Shown here one piece after another: positions 19,801 through 27,870 of a stretch of DNA of 52,349 bases. The notes under the pieces are model-generated. The model did not search any database. It was not told the origin of the DNA and was given only the letters and a program-made list of their open reading frames with translations. The stretch covers positions 1 to 52,349 of the IMG/VR virus record IMGVR_UViG_3300045257_000113; one strand, given 5' to 3'. Every line of letters starts with the position of its first letter. Position 1 is the stretch's first letter. A program made the translations under genes and the position numbers. The stretch is from a virus. Lineage: Duplodnaviria > Caudoviricetes.

Positions 19801-21805
19801 CAGCCCCAAGGACCTTCTGAGCGGCGCTGCGATTATGCAGACCCGCATGGATCTGGAGAGAGCAGCGGCGCAACAGGACGTGGCTCGCCTTCACCAGCAA
19901 CTCAACCAGAAGATCCAGGCCCTTATCGCCAAGAACCCCGCCATCACCCCAGCAGAGATCGCCACGGCCTTGAAGAACGAGATGGCGGCCTTTCAGGAAG
20001 CCAGGAGGCACGCTGGCACTGTCGCGGACCTGATAGGCAAGCCAGGTTCCCCTTTACAGACGCGAGCCGATTATAACCGCGTTATGGGGCACCTGGGGAC
20101 ATTTTTGCAGGATGCTCGCGGGATCTGGACGCCGAAGGTCGAGGGTTACTTCACGGACCTAACAGGACATCCGCCGTCCGGGCGCAACCAGATTCCCGGC
20201 TTTCCCGTCACGGCCATAGCGGTAGACGACCAGGGTCAGCCGCTTGGCAAGGGCGTGGTCCGGACTGGTAACACACTGGCCAATGAACGGCTGCGCAAGG
20301 GTGGCTACACGAAACACGCGGAACTTGAAGAAGACGCCTACGATCTCAGTCTCAAACGGATGATGGAGCGAACGCTTTCCCAGCGCATTCCTGAAGCAAT
20401 GCGAGCTGTGGCCGTGCGGACAGGAGTGCAGGAGGGCGTCATCAAGGTTGTCAAGAAAGGGGAGCAGCCGCCTCAGTTGTGGGAAGAATTAATGCTTAAG
20501 CCCGCCAAGGGCATTCCCGAATTGCCTGCTGGCGAGCGATACTTTACGCATCCCGGCGCGAAAAAGGACATAACACAAGCCCTGAACATTGAGTCAACAG
20601 CAGGTGAGAAGGTTGGCGAAGCGATCAGCACCGCTCTCGGTGGTGGCACAATCCCCGGCAAGTTCCTCGGACGCCTGACCCAGATAACCTTACTCACCCC
20701 GACCGAACTCATGGTCCATCTTGGCGGGAATATCCCCACGGCGCTGTTCAAGGAAGGGATGGGTTTCCCGGTATCCAGCGTCGGCCGTTGGCTGGTGGGC
20801 ATGTGGCACGCCTTCAAGGGAGATCCGCAGTTTCTTGAGAAGCTGATGAAGGTTGCCGAGATCGGAGCATCCTTCGAGCATCGAGAAGGCACAGGACTCT
20901 TTGCCAACCATCCCCTCGACCCGACCTATCTAATCAATAAGGTCTCGACTGCCCTCATCGACTTGGGGCAGGACTCGATGCGCGTCATGGCGGCGGATGC
21001 CTGGGACCGCATGGTAGCGTCTGGGCGCAAGCAACAATCGGAGAGTCTCAAGCGAGACTTCATCAACCAGATCCTTGGCAATTATTCCAAGAATGGCGGG
21101 AATGCTTTTCTGACGCTGCTCAAGGAATTGCACATTCAGCCCTTCGCCACGGCCGCGAGCACGTTCACCGAACAGGGCGTGCGAGCAGGCTACTTCGTCG
21201 GTAACTCGCCGAATCCGACGTGGGCCAAGTTCCTGCTCAACACAGCCTTGCAAATGGCCAAGCTTGCCCCTCTGTTTGTTCTGGGACCTTTCCTGAACTG
21301 GAAGAATCACGGCGAGTGTTTTCCCGCCGATGCCCCGCCATTTGCCATAAAGACTGGAGAAGGCAAGTACGTGGACCCTCTGGGCGTCTTTGGTGGTCGT
21401 CGCGGGTATCGAGCAACAGGGGCCGAAGCCTTAGCAGAGGGCAAGCCAGAGCGAGCATTGGGCGACATCGGTCATGCTGGCATTCATTTGGTTGCTGGCC
21501 CTGCTCCTGATTTCGTCAAGACCGCCATGACAGGCAGCAATCTCCAGGGTACGCAGCTTGCGGCCAAAGTCTCGACGGCAAAGACCGTCACCGGAATCAA
21601 CAAGGCTGCTCAGCGTGGATCGCCGCCAGCCAACTCCAGCCAGGCATGGGAAAATCTGAAGGCTGCCATCATTAACTCCAACTCGCTGCTGAAGACATTC
21701 TTCCCCCAGACGACGACCGAGAAGAACAAGTCTTTGAGCGAGCGGTTCCAGGGGATGATTCCCTTTGGAGAAAAGGGACACGCGCCCAAGGCAAAGAAGC
21801 GGTAA
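16841..21805 (+). CDS. Giant internal virion/ejection (polyvalent) protein with J-domain, zincin-like domains and HTH
   Basis: 1654 aa at the end of the morphogenesis block; Ala/Gly hydrophobic N-terminal helices; AYRRASADMHPDRNPG; IPKGEIWVE...HHEALE; LNDREYDLL...LEEAGQ...RQRAHQI. Confidence 0.75.
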   Translation: MDDTDTQVADLPAQTPETPEPPQGVFSAKPWEEVAPKFKEAFPALDEGEMKRRYEQATLLAQTRAHFNQQGYNPGEFVARRGLPFSSAAIGAMTDSDYTSAKKRFEEGNPQKGDELSIASYERLKRLDAETESTAGGFAASKALQGGAIAGEYFAGMGALRALGLLPQAAAGASLASRAANFAGRAAATTATMPSAILPEWTQKNIEAGRSATDLTGLPSAVAKGLLFNAILEGTGGIANKLLPGGGLARAAGRVPTAAAGGVAAQQVADFAGGMMQYASGLKGDFGAFFEGDWGDAGKRLAAQFVGFAAFAALHEGLAAGRRVLDEAKEEFQKQKGLGYSSEEALRLAYKKLSPQDAYRRASADMHPDRNPGESEAATKATKDLNGAYDDYKAAVKKGDEAGAKAAAGRIDAIHQAWNARPKPQAAQKPSEQAPEATGGEQYHGMTVKRVNAEEYRQQSRSDQELGTAKVHGNVIYLSDEVEPGKDTATVMHQALLEHKAESRGLSDDQAEQLMIAHEHHEGKRGTGAGEGKVVPASVYADGGNGVGRTQTGQVVRLVDGAEVRVKLDPTFVEGGNHQALKYIPKGEIWVEKTLAGKHPREVALTVHHEALESELMRKGASYKKAHQKASLSEFALRSGQQGTMTSQPPPTAAAPAAPHPLDALAKRAQSGRPVSIDEVADAAGLNDREYDLLMEMGKGKRLEEAGQAISLNNRQRAHQIAGDIAEKLGLDRSLSKQVEDAVAEPGLKKDAIKPLEGAAFSEKDMRTDPALKAELKRAKAPRSEEERILQRMNKLGRRIEREARQNGGDLTDEQHERFASESQRLAGELEAARAERGTIEPSPVRREPSGQLQGGNPPLGAAGPQQEDLGQQGAGNPPSRAQAPRNKLRQPGQKGSGRKGQLDIGAIFAAIKGPPKPQPAPVPPSNEPRLKFGLQRTFPALTKLSPRTGAAFARAANAKATLEATKNYMEHALKIAGETIAHMKEDSPKDLLSGAAIMQTRMDLERAAAQQDVARLHQQLNQKIQALIAKNPAITPAEIATALKNEMAAFQEARRHAGTVADLIGKPGSPLQTRADYNRVMGHLGTFLQDARGIWTPKVEGYFTDLTGHPPSGRNQIPGFPVTAIAVDDQGQPLGKGVVRTGNTLANERLRKGGYTKHAELEEDAYDLSLKRMMERTLSQRIPEAMRAVAVRTGVQEGVIKVVKKGEQPPQLWEELMLKPAKGIPELPAGERYFTHPGAKKDITQALNIESTAGEKVGEAISTALGGGTIPGKFLGRLTQITLLTPTELMVHLGGNIPTALFKEGMGFPVSSVGRWLVGMWHAFKGDPQFLEKLMKVAEIGASFEHREGTGLFANHPLDPTYLINKVSTALIDLGQDSMRVMAADAWDRMVASGRKQQSESLKRDFINQILGNYSKNGGNAFLTLLKELHIQPFATAASTFTEQGVRAGYFVGNSPNPTWAKFLLNTALQMAKLAPLFVLGPFLNWKNHGECFPADAPPFAIKTGEGKYVDPLGVFGGRRGYRATGAEALAEGKPERALGDIGHAGIHLVAGPAPDFVKTAMTGSNLQGTQLAAKVSTAKTVTGINKAAQRGSPPANSSQAWENLKAAIINSNSLLKTFFPQTTTEKNKSLSERFQGMIPFGEKGHAPKAKKR

Positions 21806-21866
21806 GGTTACCGCAGGGTTTAAGCTGGAAACCACCGAAGCACCGACGCGGAGGCGAGAACGCAGA

Positions 21867-22424
21867 ATGGCGGAAGAAATGAACGGAGCATCGCAAAAAA
21901 GCATTCTCATCGCTCTGGGCATTGTGGCCACGGCCACCATATTCGGCTCTGCGCTGTCCGCTCCAAACGCCGCGCAGATCATCGGGTTTGGTTCCTTGGT
22001 CTGCGTTTCCCTCCTTGGCTTGCTTCAGCAGATTCGCAATAGCGCCAAGCTGGATGTGGCTGCTCAGAAAGTCGACGTGGCTGCCGTAAAAACAGAGGAA
22101 GTCAAGCAAGCGCTCGCCAAGTCCGACAAAAAGGTTGAAGAGGTGAAGCAGGCCCTCCTCGTATCAGACAAAAAGACGGATGTGCAGATGGCGGACCTGG
22201 CCAAGGTTGCCACGGCCACACACACGCTGGTCAACAACAAGATGGCCATTCAGTTGAAGATCAGCGCCACGGCCTTGCGTCAAGTGGCTAACCTCATGAA
22301 AGCCTCCAGTACCTCCGGTTGGCAGGAAGCCGAAAAGGCGGCAGGAGATGCTGACGCCTTATTGGCCGATCATGAGGCGAAGCAGGACAAGGTCGATGCC
22401 GTAACCGAAAAGCTGTCCGGATAG
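21867..22424 (+). CDS. Membrane protein, two TM helices plus coiled coil (holin/lysis-module candidate)
   Basis: Two hydrophobic stretches; tandem EEVKQALxxSDKK repeat. Confidence 0.5.
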   Translation: MAEEMNGASQKSILIALGIVATATIFGSALSAPNAAQIIGFGSLVCVSLLGLLQQIRNSAKLDVAAQKVDVAAVKTEEVKQALAKSDKKVEEVKQALLVSDKKTDVQMADLAKVATATHTLVNNKMAIQLKISATALRQVANLMKASSTSGWQEAEKAAGDADALLADHEAKQDKVDAVTEKLSG

Positions 22425-22435
22425 TCGTACAATAC

Positions 22436-22503
22436 CCCCTGAGCGCTGACGGGGCGCTCTACGGGGCGGATCAGGGAGACAGGGGAACCAGATCCGCTCT
22501 TTT
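22436..22503 (+). terminator. Two adjacent hairpins, the second followed by TCTTTT (possible terminator)
   Basis: GAGCGC/GCGCTC and GCGGATC/GATCCGC stems. Confidence 0.4.
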
Positions 22504-22525
22504 CACTTCCCCAAGGAGAAATCCA

Positions 22526-22813
22526 ATGGCAAAGACACTTGCTGAAACGCTCACCGCCTGCGGATGCGATCCAGCCGAGCATAAGCCTGCGCTGGACCAT
22601 TTATCGCAGAATCCTGCCGTCAAGCGCTTCCACGAACTTGTAAAGAAGGGCGATCCCGCATCCGCAGCCGAAGGCGACAAGATCGCCAAGATGTGTGTGG
22701 TTACGCTCTTGCACTTCTTTGAGGCCGCCCACGAGGGCAACAAGGCCCACGGCACCAAAGACTCGCATATTGTAAAGCTCGCCCTTGAACACCTACCGCA
22801 CATCCTGAAGTAA
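22526..22813 (+). CDS. Hypothetical protein
   Basis: AAGGAG SD. Confidence 0.7.
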   Translation: MAKTLAETLTACGCDPAEHKPALDHLSQNPAVKRFHELVKKGDPASAAEGDKIAKMCVVTLLHFFEAAHEGNKAHGTKDSHIVKLALEHLPHILK

Positions 22814-22824
22814 AGGAGACTCCA

Positions 22825-23208
22825 TTGACTACTCTACTTATGCTCCCCGGCCTGGGACTGCCCTTGGCTCCTACGGCTGGCGTGAAGGGAGCCTTTGTTC
22901 CACCTCCCACGGCTCCCTACCTGCCGCCTCAGAACGTAGCGGTGACAACGTTGGACCGTACTGAAGGCGGCATCGACTTTTACAATATGACCATCCCTGG
23001 TGGCTTCTTCGGGTCGAACGACTTCCAGTTTGGCGTGCCAGCGGGAACGCCTGCCGGCAAGGTTGCCTTGGCTGCTGGCTATATCCTGTCCTGGAGCAAG
23101 TTTTACTCGACGGTCGTGGCACCGTTCCTGATGAGCGGCGACTATGCTTCAGGGGTTGCTGCGTGTTCTTGGTTCTCGGTGAATATCCAGCCGCTTTACG
23201 GAGTGTAA
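22825..23208 (+). CDS. Hypothetical protein
   Basis: AAGGAG SD, TTG start. Confidence 0.65.
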   Translation: MTTLLMLPGLGLPLAPTAGVKGAFVPPPTAPYLPPQNVAVTTLDRTEGGIDFYNMTIPGGFFGSNDFQFGVPAGTPAGKVALAAGYILSWSKFYSTVVAPFLMSGDYASGVAACSWFSVNIQPLYGV

Positions 23209-23210
23209 CC

Positions 23211-23393
23211 ATGACTGTATGGGTAGTTGTCTGGGTCGTTCTTATGATGTTTTGGCTGTTCTTCGGCTGCTGGTGGGGGTGGAACCCGGCCGCTCCCGCT
23301 GGGCTGGGTAACACGCTCATCCCCTGGCTGTGCGTGCTGATTCTCGGCCTCATCGTCTTCGGTGCTGTCAACCCTGGCGTGGGACTAAGGTGA
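23211..23393 (+). CDS. Small two-TM membrane protein (holin candidate)
   Basis: MTVWVVVWVVLMMFWLFFGCWWGW...LIPWLCVLILGLIVFG; GGAG SD. Confidence 0.6.
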   Translation: MTVWVVVWVVLMMFWLFFGCWWGWNPAAPAGLGNTLIPWLCVLILGLIVFGAVNPGVGLR

Positions 23394-23396
23394 CGC

Positions 23397-23504
23397 ATGG
23401 AAATCATTCTGGCTGCCGGCATCGGCTTCTTGATTGGCGTCGTCGCGTGCTACGTCCACAAGGTTGTCCGAGAAAACATCGGCGAACCGTGGCCTAGGGA
23501 GTGA
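23397..23504 (+). CDS. Single-TM peptide (35 aa, not in ORF track)
   Basis: MEIILAAGIGFLIGVVACYVHKVVRENIGEPWPRE; AAGGTG SD. Confidence 0.5.
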   Translation: MEIILAAGIGFLIGVVACYVHKVVRENIGEPWPRE

Positions 23505-23507
23505 TTA

Positions 23508-23651
23508 ATGCTGACGTTTTGGATCGGACTTGGCTGCTTCCTGATCGGCCTGATCGTTGGTGTGCCGGTTGGGAGCAGATTGGAATTGGCGCGCATGGCT
23601 ATGTGGATAGCCGACAAGAAAAAAGAGCGGGCAGCAAAGCTGATAAGATAA
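23508..23651 (+). CDS. Single-TM peptide (47 aa, not in ORF track)
   Basis: MLTFWIGLGCFLIGLIVGVPVGSRLE...; GGGAG SD. Confidence 0.5.
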   Translation: MLTFWIGLGCFLIGLIVGVPVGSRLELARMAMWIADKKKERAAKLIR

Positions 23652-23655
23652 GAGC

Positions 23656-23829
23656 ATGTTTACAGTCACGTTAAACCTGAACGTCACGATTGGCGTCTCG
23701 ACCCCGCTCATGGCCATGCTCATGCAGTTGCTCGGGGACCCAGAGAAGATTCAGGAATTAACCGACAAGCTCAAAGCATCTGGCGATGCTCTTTCGGCGG
23801 CAGTTGCCGCTAATGCCCCCAAACCCTAA
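23656..23829 (+). CDS. Hypothetical helical protein (57 aa), paralogue of the next gene
   Basis: DPEKIQELTDKLKASGDALSAAVAANAP aligns with the C-terminus of the next gene. Confidence 0.65.
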   Translation: MFTVTLNLNVTIGVSTPLMAMLMQLLGDPEKIQELTDKLKASGDALSAAVAANAPKP

Positions 23830-23840
23830 AGGAGAAATTT

Positions 23841-24062
23841 ATGGGAGACCTTGGACCTCTTACCGCACAAGTCACGGCCAATACGGACGTGGAAGGTTCA
23901 GCCGTCACGCTGATTAACGGCCTGGCTGCTCAGATCATCGCGTTGAAGAATGATCCCGTGGCCCTGCAAGCACTGGCCGACAAGCTGAAGGCATCTGCTG
24001 ATGCCTTGGCGACCGCAGTTACGGCAAACACGCCAGCGCCGTCCTCGAAGAAGAAACCCTGA
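23841..24062 (+). CDS. Hypothetical helical protein
   Basis: AAGGAG SD; DPVALQALADKLKASADALATAVTANTP. Confidence 0.75.
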   Translation: MGDLGPLTAQVTANTDVEGSAVTLINGLAAQIIALKNDPVALQALADKLKASADALATAVTANTPAPSSKKKP

Positions 24063-24091
24063 ACTACTGCATGGGCGTAGCAGTAGCCTCG

Positions 24092-24126
24092 GAGCCGTCT
24101 CAGTGTGGAACGGAGACGGCTCTTTT
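24092..24126 (+). terminator. Rho-independent terminator
   Basis: Perfect 10-bp stem GAGCCGTCTC/GAGACGGCTC followed by TTTT; preceded by a CTACTGC/GCAGTAG hairpin. Confidence 0.7.
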
Positions 24127-24157
24127 CATGCGCGGACATTCGGGGTAGAGTAAGTGC

Positions 24158-24403
24158 ATGGCACCACTCATCCACCCTGAAACGCTCTACAACGACTTGG
24201 ATCTTTGCATCCTGTTCGGCTTTTCGGCCGATGATCTAGCAGAGGCGCGGAAGTCGGAAGTTCTTCGCTTCTCACTTTACCGCATGGCCCCGCTCTACCT
24301 CGGCGAGTGGGTGATGGACTGGCTCTCGACGATGGACGAGTACGCCGGGGTTTACCAGTTGTCGAGCTACGGGCTGAGGCAGGCGGTTAGGGATTCGGCA
24401 TGA
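24158..24403 (+). CDS. Hypothetical protein (possible AlpA/excisionase-like HTH)
   Basis: Y..DL..LFG.S...L..AR....L......LYLGEWVMDWL pattern. Confidence 0.45.
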   Translation: MAPLIHPETLYNDLDLCILFGFSADDLAEARKSEVLRFSLYRMAPLYLGEWVMDWLSTMDEYAGVYQLSSYGLRQAVRDSA

Positions 24404-24413
24404 GGGGTTCCTA

Positions 24414-24551
24414 GTGTGGTGTGTAGGCTGCTGATTCAACGAGAATGGCGAACACGTGTATCGTGTCTTCGACAGCCAAAGAGAAGCCGAGATTTATGCT
24501 GGTAAGCTGCGGGCCAGCGGCCAGCGAAAAGTTTATCTCTGGGAATTGTGA
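24414..24551 (+). pseudogene. Small ORF with an in-frame TGA at codon 7 (pseudogene or recoded)
   Basis: GAGGGG SD + GTG; MWCVGC*FNENGEHVYRVFDSQREAEIYAGKLRASGQRKVYLWEL; VFDSQREAEIY resembles VFDTLEEANAY in the neighbouring gene. Confidence 0.4.
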
Positions 24552-24641
24552 TCCGGGCATGAGCCGAGACAACTACTGCGACCTGCTCGCGTCACTGTGC
24601 GGCTACGCTTTTCTCGCCTTGCTCTTTTGGGCAGCTTGCCG

Positions 24642-24854
24642 ATGAAACACGTGGTAATAATCGAGTACCTCAAGCCAGCCTGCTTGGAGAAGACGGACTG
24701 GAAGGTGTTCGACACCCTGGAAGAGGCGAATGCGTACCTCGACGACTGCAAGGCGCAGGTTGCGGAGTTTGAGCCTTTGAAGTCGGCAATCGTCGGGTAT
24801 CAGGTGCTGGCGGTCGAGTCCGTAGAAGAACCTAAAAGCAAGGAGGACGTATGA
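24642..24854 (+). CDS. Hypothetical protein
   Basis: MKHVVIIEYL...; coupled start/stop overlaps. Confidence 0.6.
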   Translation: MKHVVIIEYLKPACLEKTDWKVFDTLEEANAYLDDCKAQVAEFEPLKSAIVGYQVLAVESVEEPKSKEDV

Positions 24855-25042
24855 CGAATGGCGTAACCGATGAGCAAATCGACAGACTTGCCACTGACAT
24901 TACCGAGTGCATTTTCACAGCAGGGTTTCACCACGCAGACCGACTTTCTCTGTTCGAGCTTGAACAGTGCGTCGGCAGTTGGAACAAGGAAGAGCTGACC
25001 CAGGCGGTCAAGAGCCTGCTACAGGGGGCGCTACAAAAATGA
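24851..25042 (+). CDS. Hypothetical protein, paralogue family A
   Basis: AGGAGG SD; TDEQIDRLATDITECIF...DRLSLFE...GSWNKEELTQAV. Confidence 0.75.
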   Translation: MTNGVTDEQIDRLATDITECIFTAGFHHADRLSLFELEQCVGSWNKEELTQAVKSLLQGALQK

Positions 25043-25302
25043 TTGGGGATGGCCTTGAGGCATATCGACGGGAGTTGCTGGGAATACCGGGAGTGATTCA
25101 GGCAAATGTCGGGCAATGCACCCCGTCTCATCCTGTCAAAATCTGGTTCCGAGTGTGGTGGAAAAACGAGACTGTGGAATTGAGGTCTGCCCTTTCAAGG
25201 TGCGAAGAGGCAATTGAGCAGATCAGAAAGATTGTCGCAGACAGCATGGCCCTTGAAGACGTGAAGCCGCAGACTTGGAGAGACAGACCGCCGCTGCTTT
25301 AA
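25039..25302 (+). CDS. Hypothetical protein
   Basis: ATGA coupling; ends WRDRPPLL. Confidence 0.6.
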   Translation: MIGDGLEAYRRELLGIPGVIQANVGQCTPSHPVKIWFRVWWKNETVELRSALSRCEEAIEQIRKIVADSMALEDVKPQTWRDRPPLL

Positions 25303-25314
25303 GGAGAACCCGCG

Positions 25315-25482
25315 ATGACTGATGAGCAACTCGACCAATTATCGAGCGACATTGCTGACTGCCTGTTCGGCCAAGGCGATAGGCTGAGCGTGTTTGAGGC
25401 GGACATCCTAAAGGGATCGTGGAACAAAGAAGAATTAACCCAGGCCGTCAGAGACGTGCTACAGGGGTCACTTCAGAAATGA
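25315..25482 (+). CDS. Hypothetical protein, paralogue family A (55 aa, not in ORF track)
   Basis: AAGGAG SD; MTDEQLDQLSSDIADCLFGQGDRLSVFEADILKGSWNKEELTQAVRDVLQGSLQK. Confidence 0.75.
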   Translation: MTDEQLDQLSSDIADCLFGQGDRLSVFEADILKGSWNKEELTQAVRDVLQGSLQK

Positions 25483-25664
25483 CTTATCTAACCAAACTCA
25501 AGTACGCAGACGCAGCCGAGCACTTGCCGGCCCATGGAGAATTGATCCAGGATGGCGACGGCGAGAAGCCGCTTGCCACAGTCTGCAAGATTCACGTGGA
25601 CACGGCGGAAGAATTGGCACGACTCAAGCAGCTTATTAAGACGGCTAACGAGGCAAATTCGTGA
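25479..25664 (+). CDS. Hypothetical protein
   Basis: ATGA coupling with the upstream stop. Confidence 0.55.
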   Translation: MTYLTKLKYADAAEHLPAHGELIQDGDGEKPLATVCKIHVDTAEELARLKQLIKTANEANS

Positions 25665-25719
25665 TCGCGTTTCGCATCCTCTTTGTGTTTGCCGACCCTT
25701 TTCTTTTAAGGAGTTTCTC

Positions 25720-26055
25720 ATGCTCGAACGACGTGATTTTCTGACCAAGTGTGGTTCTGTGCTTGGAGCTGGGTTTGTTGCTGGCGGAATGGCCGCTGCC
25801 GAGCCGGGTAAGGAAGAAAGCAAGCCGGAAGAGCCGGTTGATGCTTCTGTGCAGTCACTACTCGACGATTTGAAGAACAAGCCGGGTAGCCTCGTAGAGC
25901 AGGGCATTGGGCGCGTCCTGCGTGTAGTGCATGACCTGCATGACAATGGCGGCGGTGTGCTGGACTATGGTGCCGCTGTCAGAATCGTGAGCAAATCACT
26001 TTCGATTCTGAACGAAGAGCATCGTCTTTTGAGGCGATTGGTGCCTCTGGAGTAA
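25720..26055 (+). CDS. Protein with a twin-arginine (Tat) signal peptide
   Basis: MLERRDFLTKCGSVLGAGFVAGGMAAA; AAGGAG SD. Confidence 0.65.
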   Translation: MLERRDFLTKCGSVLGAGFVAGGMAAAEPGKEESKPEEPVDASVQSLLDDLKNKPGSLVEQGIGRVLRVVHDLHDNGGGVLDYGAAVRIVSKSLSILNEEHRLLRRLVPLE

Positions 26056-26058
26056 CAG

Positions 26059-26385
26059 GTGGCCTCGTTCATAATCCTCTTTGTACTGCCGTCAATGAGC
26101 GACATCAGCCGTTTCCCCAGTCCTGCCGAGTGCTCGGCGTACGCTTCGTTTTACCACGAACGAATCGCCTGGACTAAATACCACATTTTCCCCACGCTGG
26201 CCGAGAAAAGAAGGCTAGTATACGAACTCGAAGATGAGCGGGAGTATTGGTACAAGTTCTTTGCCGCGCGTGACGTGCAGTTGCAGGATCATTGCCGCCG
26301 TGAAGCCTTGCTCTGGCTCTGGGTTCGATTGGGGCCGGATTACGGCAAGGCTCTCAGGGCCACTAAACCAAAGGAGACTGTCTAA
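26059..26385 (+). CDS. Hypothetical protein with a hydrophobic N-terminus
   Basis: ORF fills the operon gap; stop overlaps the next start. Confidence 0.55.
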   Translation: MASFIILFVLPSMSDISRFPSPAECSAYASFYHERIAWTKYHIFPTLAEKRRLVYELEDEREYWYKFFAARDVQLQDHCRREALLWLWVRLGPDYGKALRATKPKETV

Positions 26386-27542
26386 TGCAAAAACTTTTGG
26401 CGTTCCTGGCACTTCTTTTTCTTCCCGGTCTGGCGGCTGCTCAGCACGGCAAGGGCTACAAGCCCAATCCGCCAGCGGTGCGGGCTCAGATGCACGCAGA
26501 CGCATTTGCCCGACACGGCAACCGCATCGCCGCTCTTGTGCGCCAGACGGCACCGCCAGCCGAGTTCGATTGCGTGACTCTGGGATGGGTGCCACCGATC
26601 CGAGATCAAGGCCAATGCGGTTCTTGCTGGCTGGTGAGTGCTGCCGACTGCCTGACGTGCTGCTTCATCAAGGGCGGGCTGGGGAAGGCAGACGATAGCT
26701 TCAAGATCAGCGACCAGTACGGAATGGACTGCCACACGGACTGGGGCGGGTGTAACGGCGGTGATGAGGCAAATCCCATCGACTGGTGCAAGAAGACCGG
26801 CTTCCCTGCTGAGCGCTGGGTGAACAACGGCACTCCTCAGAACGATTACCCAGCGTACACGGCCTCGGAGAGTTCTTGTCGGCTGAAGCAAGGCACGAAG
26901 CTTTGGCAGATAGCCGACTGGGGCTACGCTACCTCAGACCAATCGCAGCGTGGCGTCACCGTGGCCGAGTTCAAGGCCGCGATGTACCAGTATGGGGTGC
27001 TCTCGGTAGCCCTGGACGCGGGCGGTGAGTTCGGTAGCTACTCCGGGCAAGGCATCATTAACAGCATGGGCGACAGCATCGACCATGCGATTACGGCCGT
27101 GGGCTGGTCAGATGCGAAACAGGCTATTCGCGTTCGGAACCAGTGGAACGTCGATTGGGGCGACAAGGGGTATGGCTGGATTGCCTACTCTGCCGTGCCG
27201 CACATCGTCGAGGTCATCTGGGTATCGGCCGGGGTGATACCCCCCAAGCCGCCTGACCCGCCAAATCCGCCTGGGCCTGGGGGCACGATCACGCTCAGCG
27301 GGGACACCAAAGCTGGGACGTACCAGCTTGTTCCGTCCGGTAGTGAGATCGTACCGGCAGGGACGAATGCGAAACTGCTTGAACTGCAAATGAAGATCAA
27401 GGAACTCGAAGACTTGCTGAACCCGCCAAAGACAAAGCAGACCAAGGAACCACCAAAGGTCGAGCCAGCCCCGGACAAACCGGCGCCGGTCAAGAAGGAC
27501 GCTATGATCGACAGGCGGCCTCGGTACTTCTTGGCGGCATGA
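26385..27542 (+). CDS. Secreted papain-family (C1A) cysteine peptidase
   Basis: Sec signal peptide; PIRDQGQCGSCW (catalytic Cys), GCNGG, DHAITAVGW (His), VRNQW..WGDKGY (Asn). Confidence 0.92.
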   Translation: MQKLLAFLALLFLPGLAAAQHGKGYKPNPPAVRAQMHADAFARHGNRIAALVRQTAPPAEFDCVTLGWVPPIRDQGQCGSCWLVSAADCLTCCFIKGGLGKADDSFKISDQYGMDCHTDWGGCNGGDEANPIDWCKKTGFPAERWVNNGTPQNDYPAYTASESSCRLKQGTKLWQIADWGYATSDQSQRGVTVAEFKAAMYQYGVLSVALDAGGEFGSYSGQGIINSMGDSIDHAITAVGWSDAKQAIRVRNQWNVDWGDKGYGWIAYSAVPHIVEVIWVSAGVIPPKPPDPPNPPGPGGTITLSGDTKAGTYQLVPSGSEIVPAGTNAKLLELQMKIKELEDLLNPPKTKQTKEPPKVEPAPDKPAPVKKDAMIDRRPRYFLAA

Positions 27543-27576
27543 AGGCATCACCGCAGGCTGGTACGCTGGAGACGAA

Positions 27577-27861
27577 ATGACGGATGAAGCAGATTTCCTG
27601 ACTGGCGCGACTGAGTATTGGAGTAACACCTTCCTTGCTCAGATGGCGCATTTCTTCAGCGCCGCCACGGTGATGCTGCTCGGCGACCACTGGCACTGGG
27701 CCGGTTGGTTTTGTCCCACGCTTCTCGTATCCTGGGGGTTGGGCAAGGAGTTCATCTTTGACCCGGCTATCGAGGGTCAGGAGTTCTGGGGCAGTGTTCT
27801 TGACTTCAGCTTTTACATGATCGGTATGGTGTGTGCCGGTCTGGTGATCTGGTTGACATGA
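27577..27861 (+). CDS. Multi-TM membrane protein
   Basis: About three hydrophobic helices; AHF...KE..D...D motif. Confidence 0.65.
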   Translation: MTDEADFLTGATEYWSNTFLAQMAHFFSAATVMLLGDHWHWAGWFCPTLLVSWGLGKEFIFDPAIEGQEFWGSVLDFSFYMIGMVCAGLVIWLT

Positions 27862-27870
27862 AAGGAAGTA

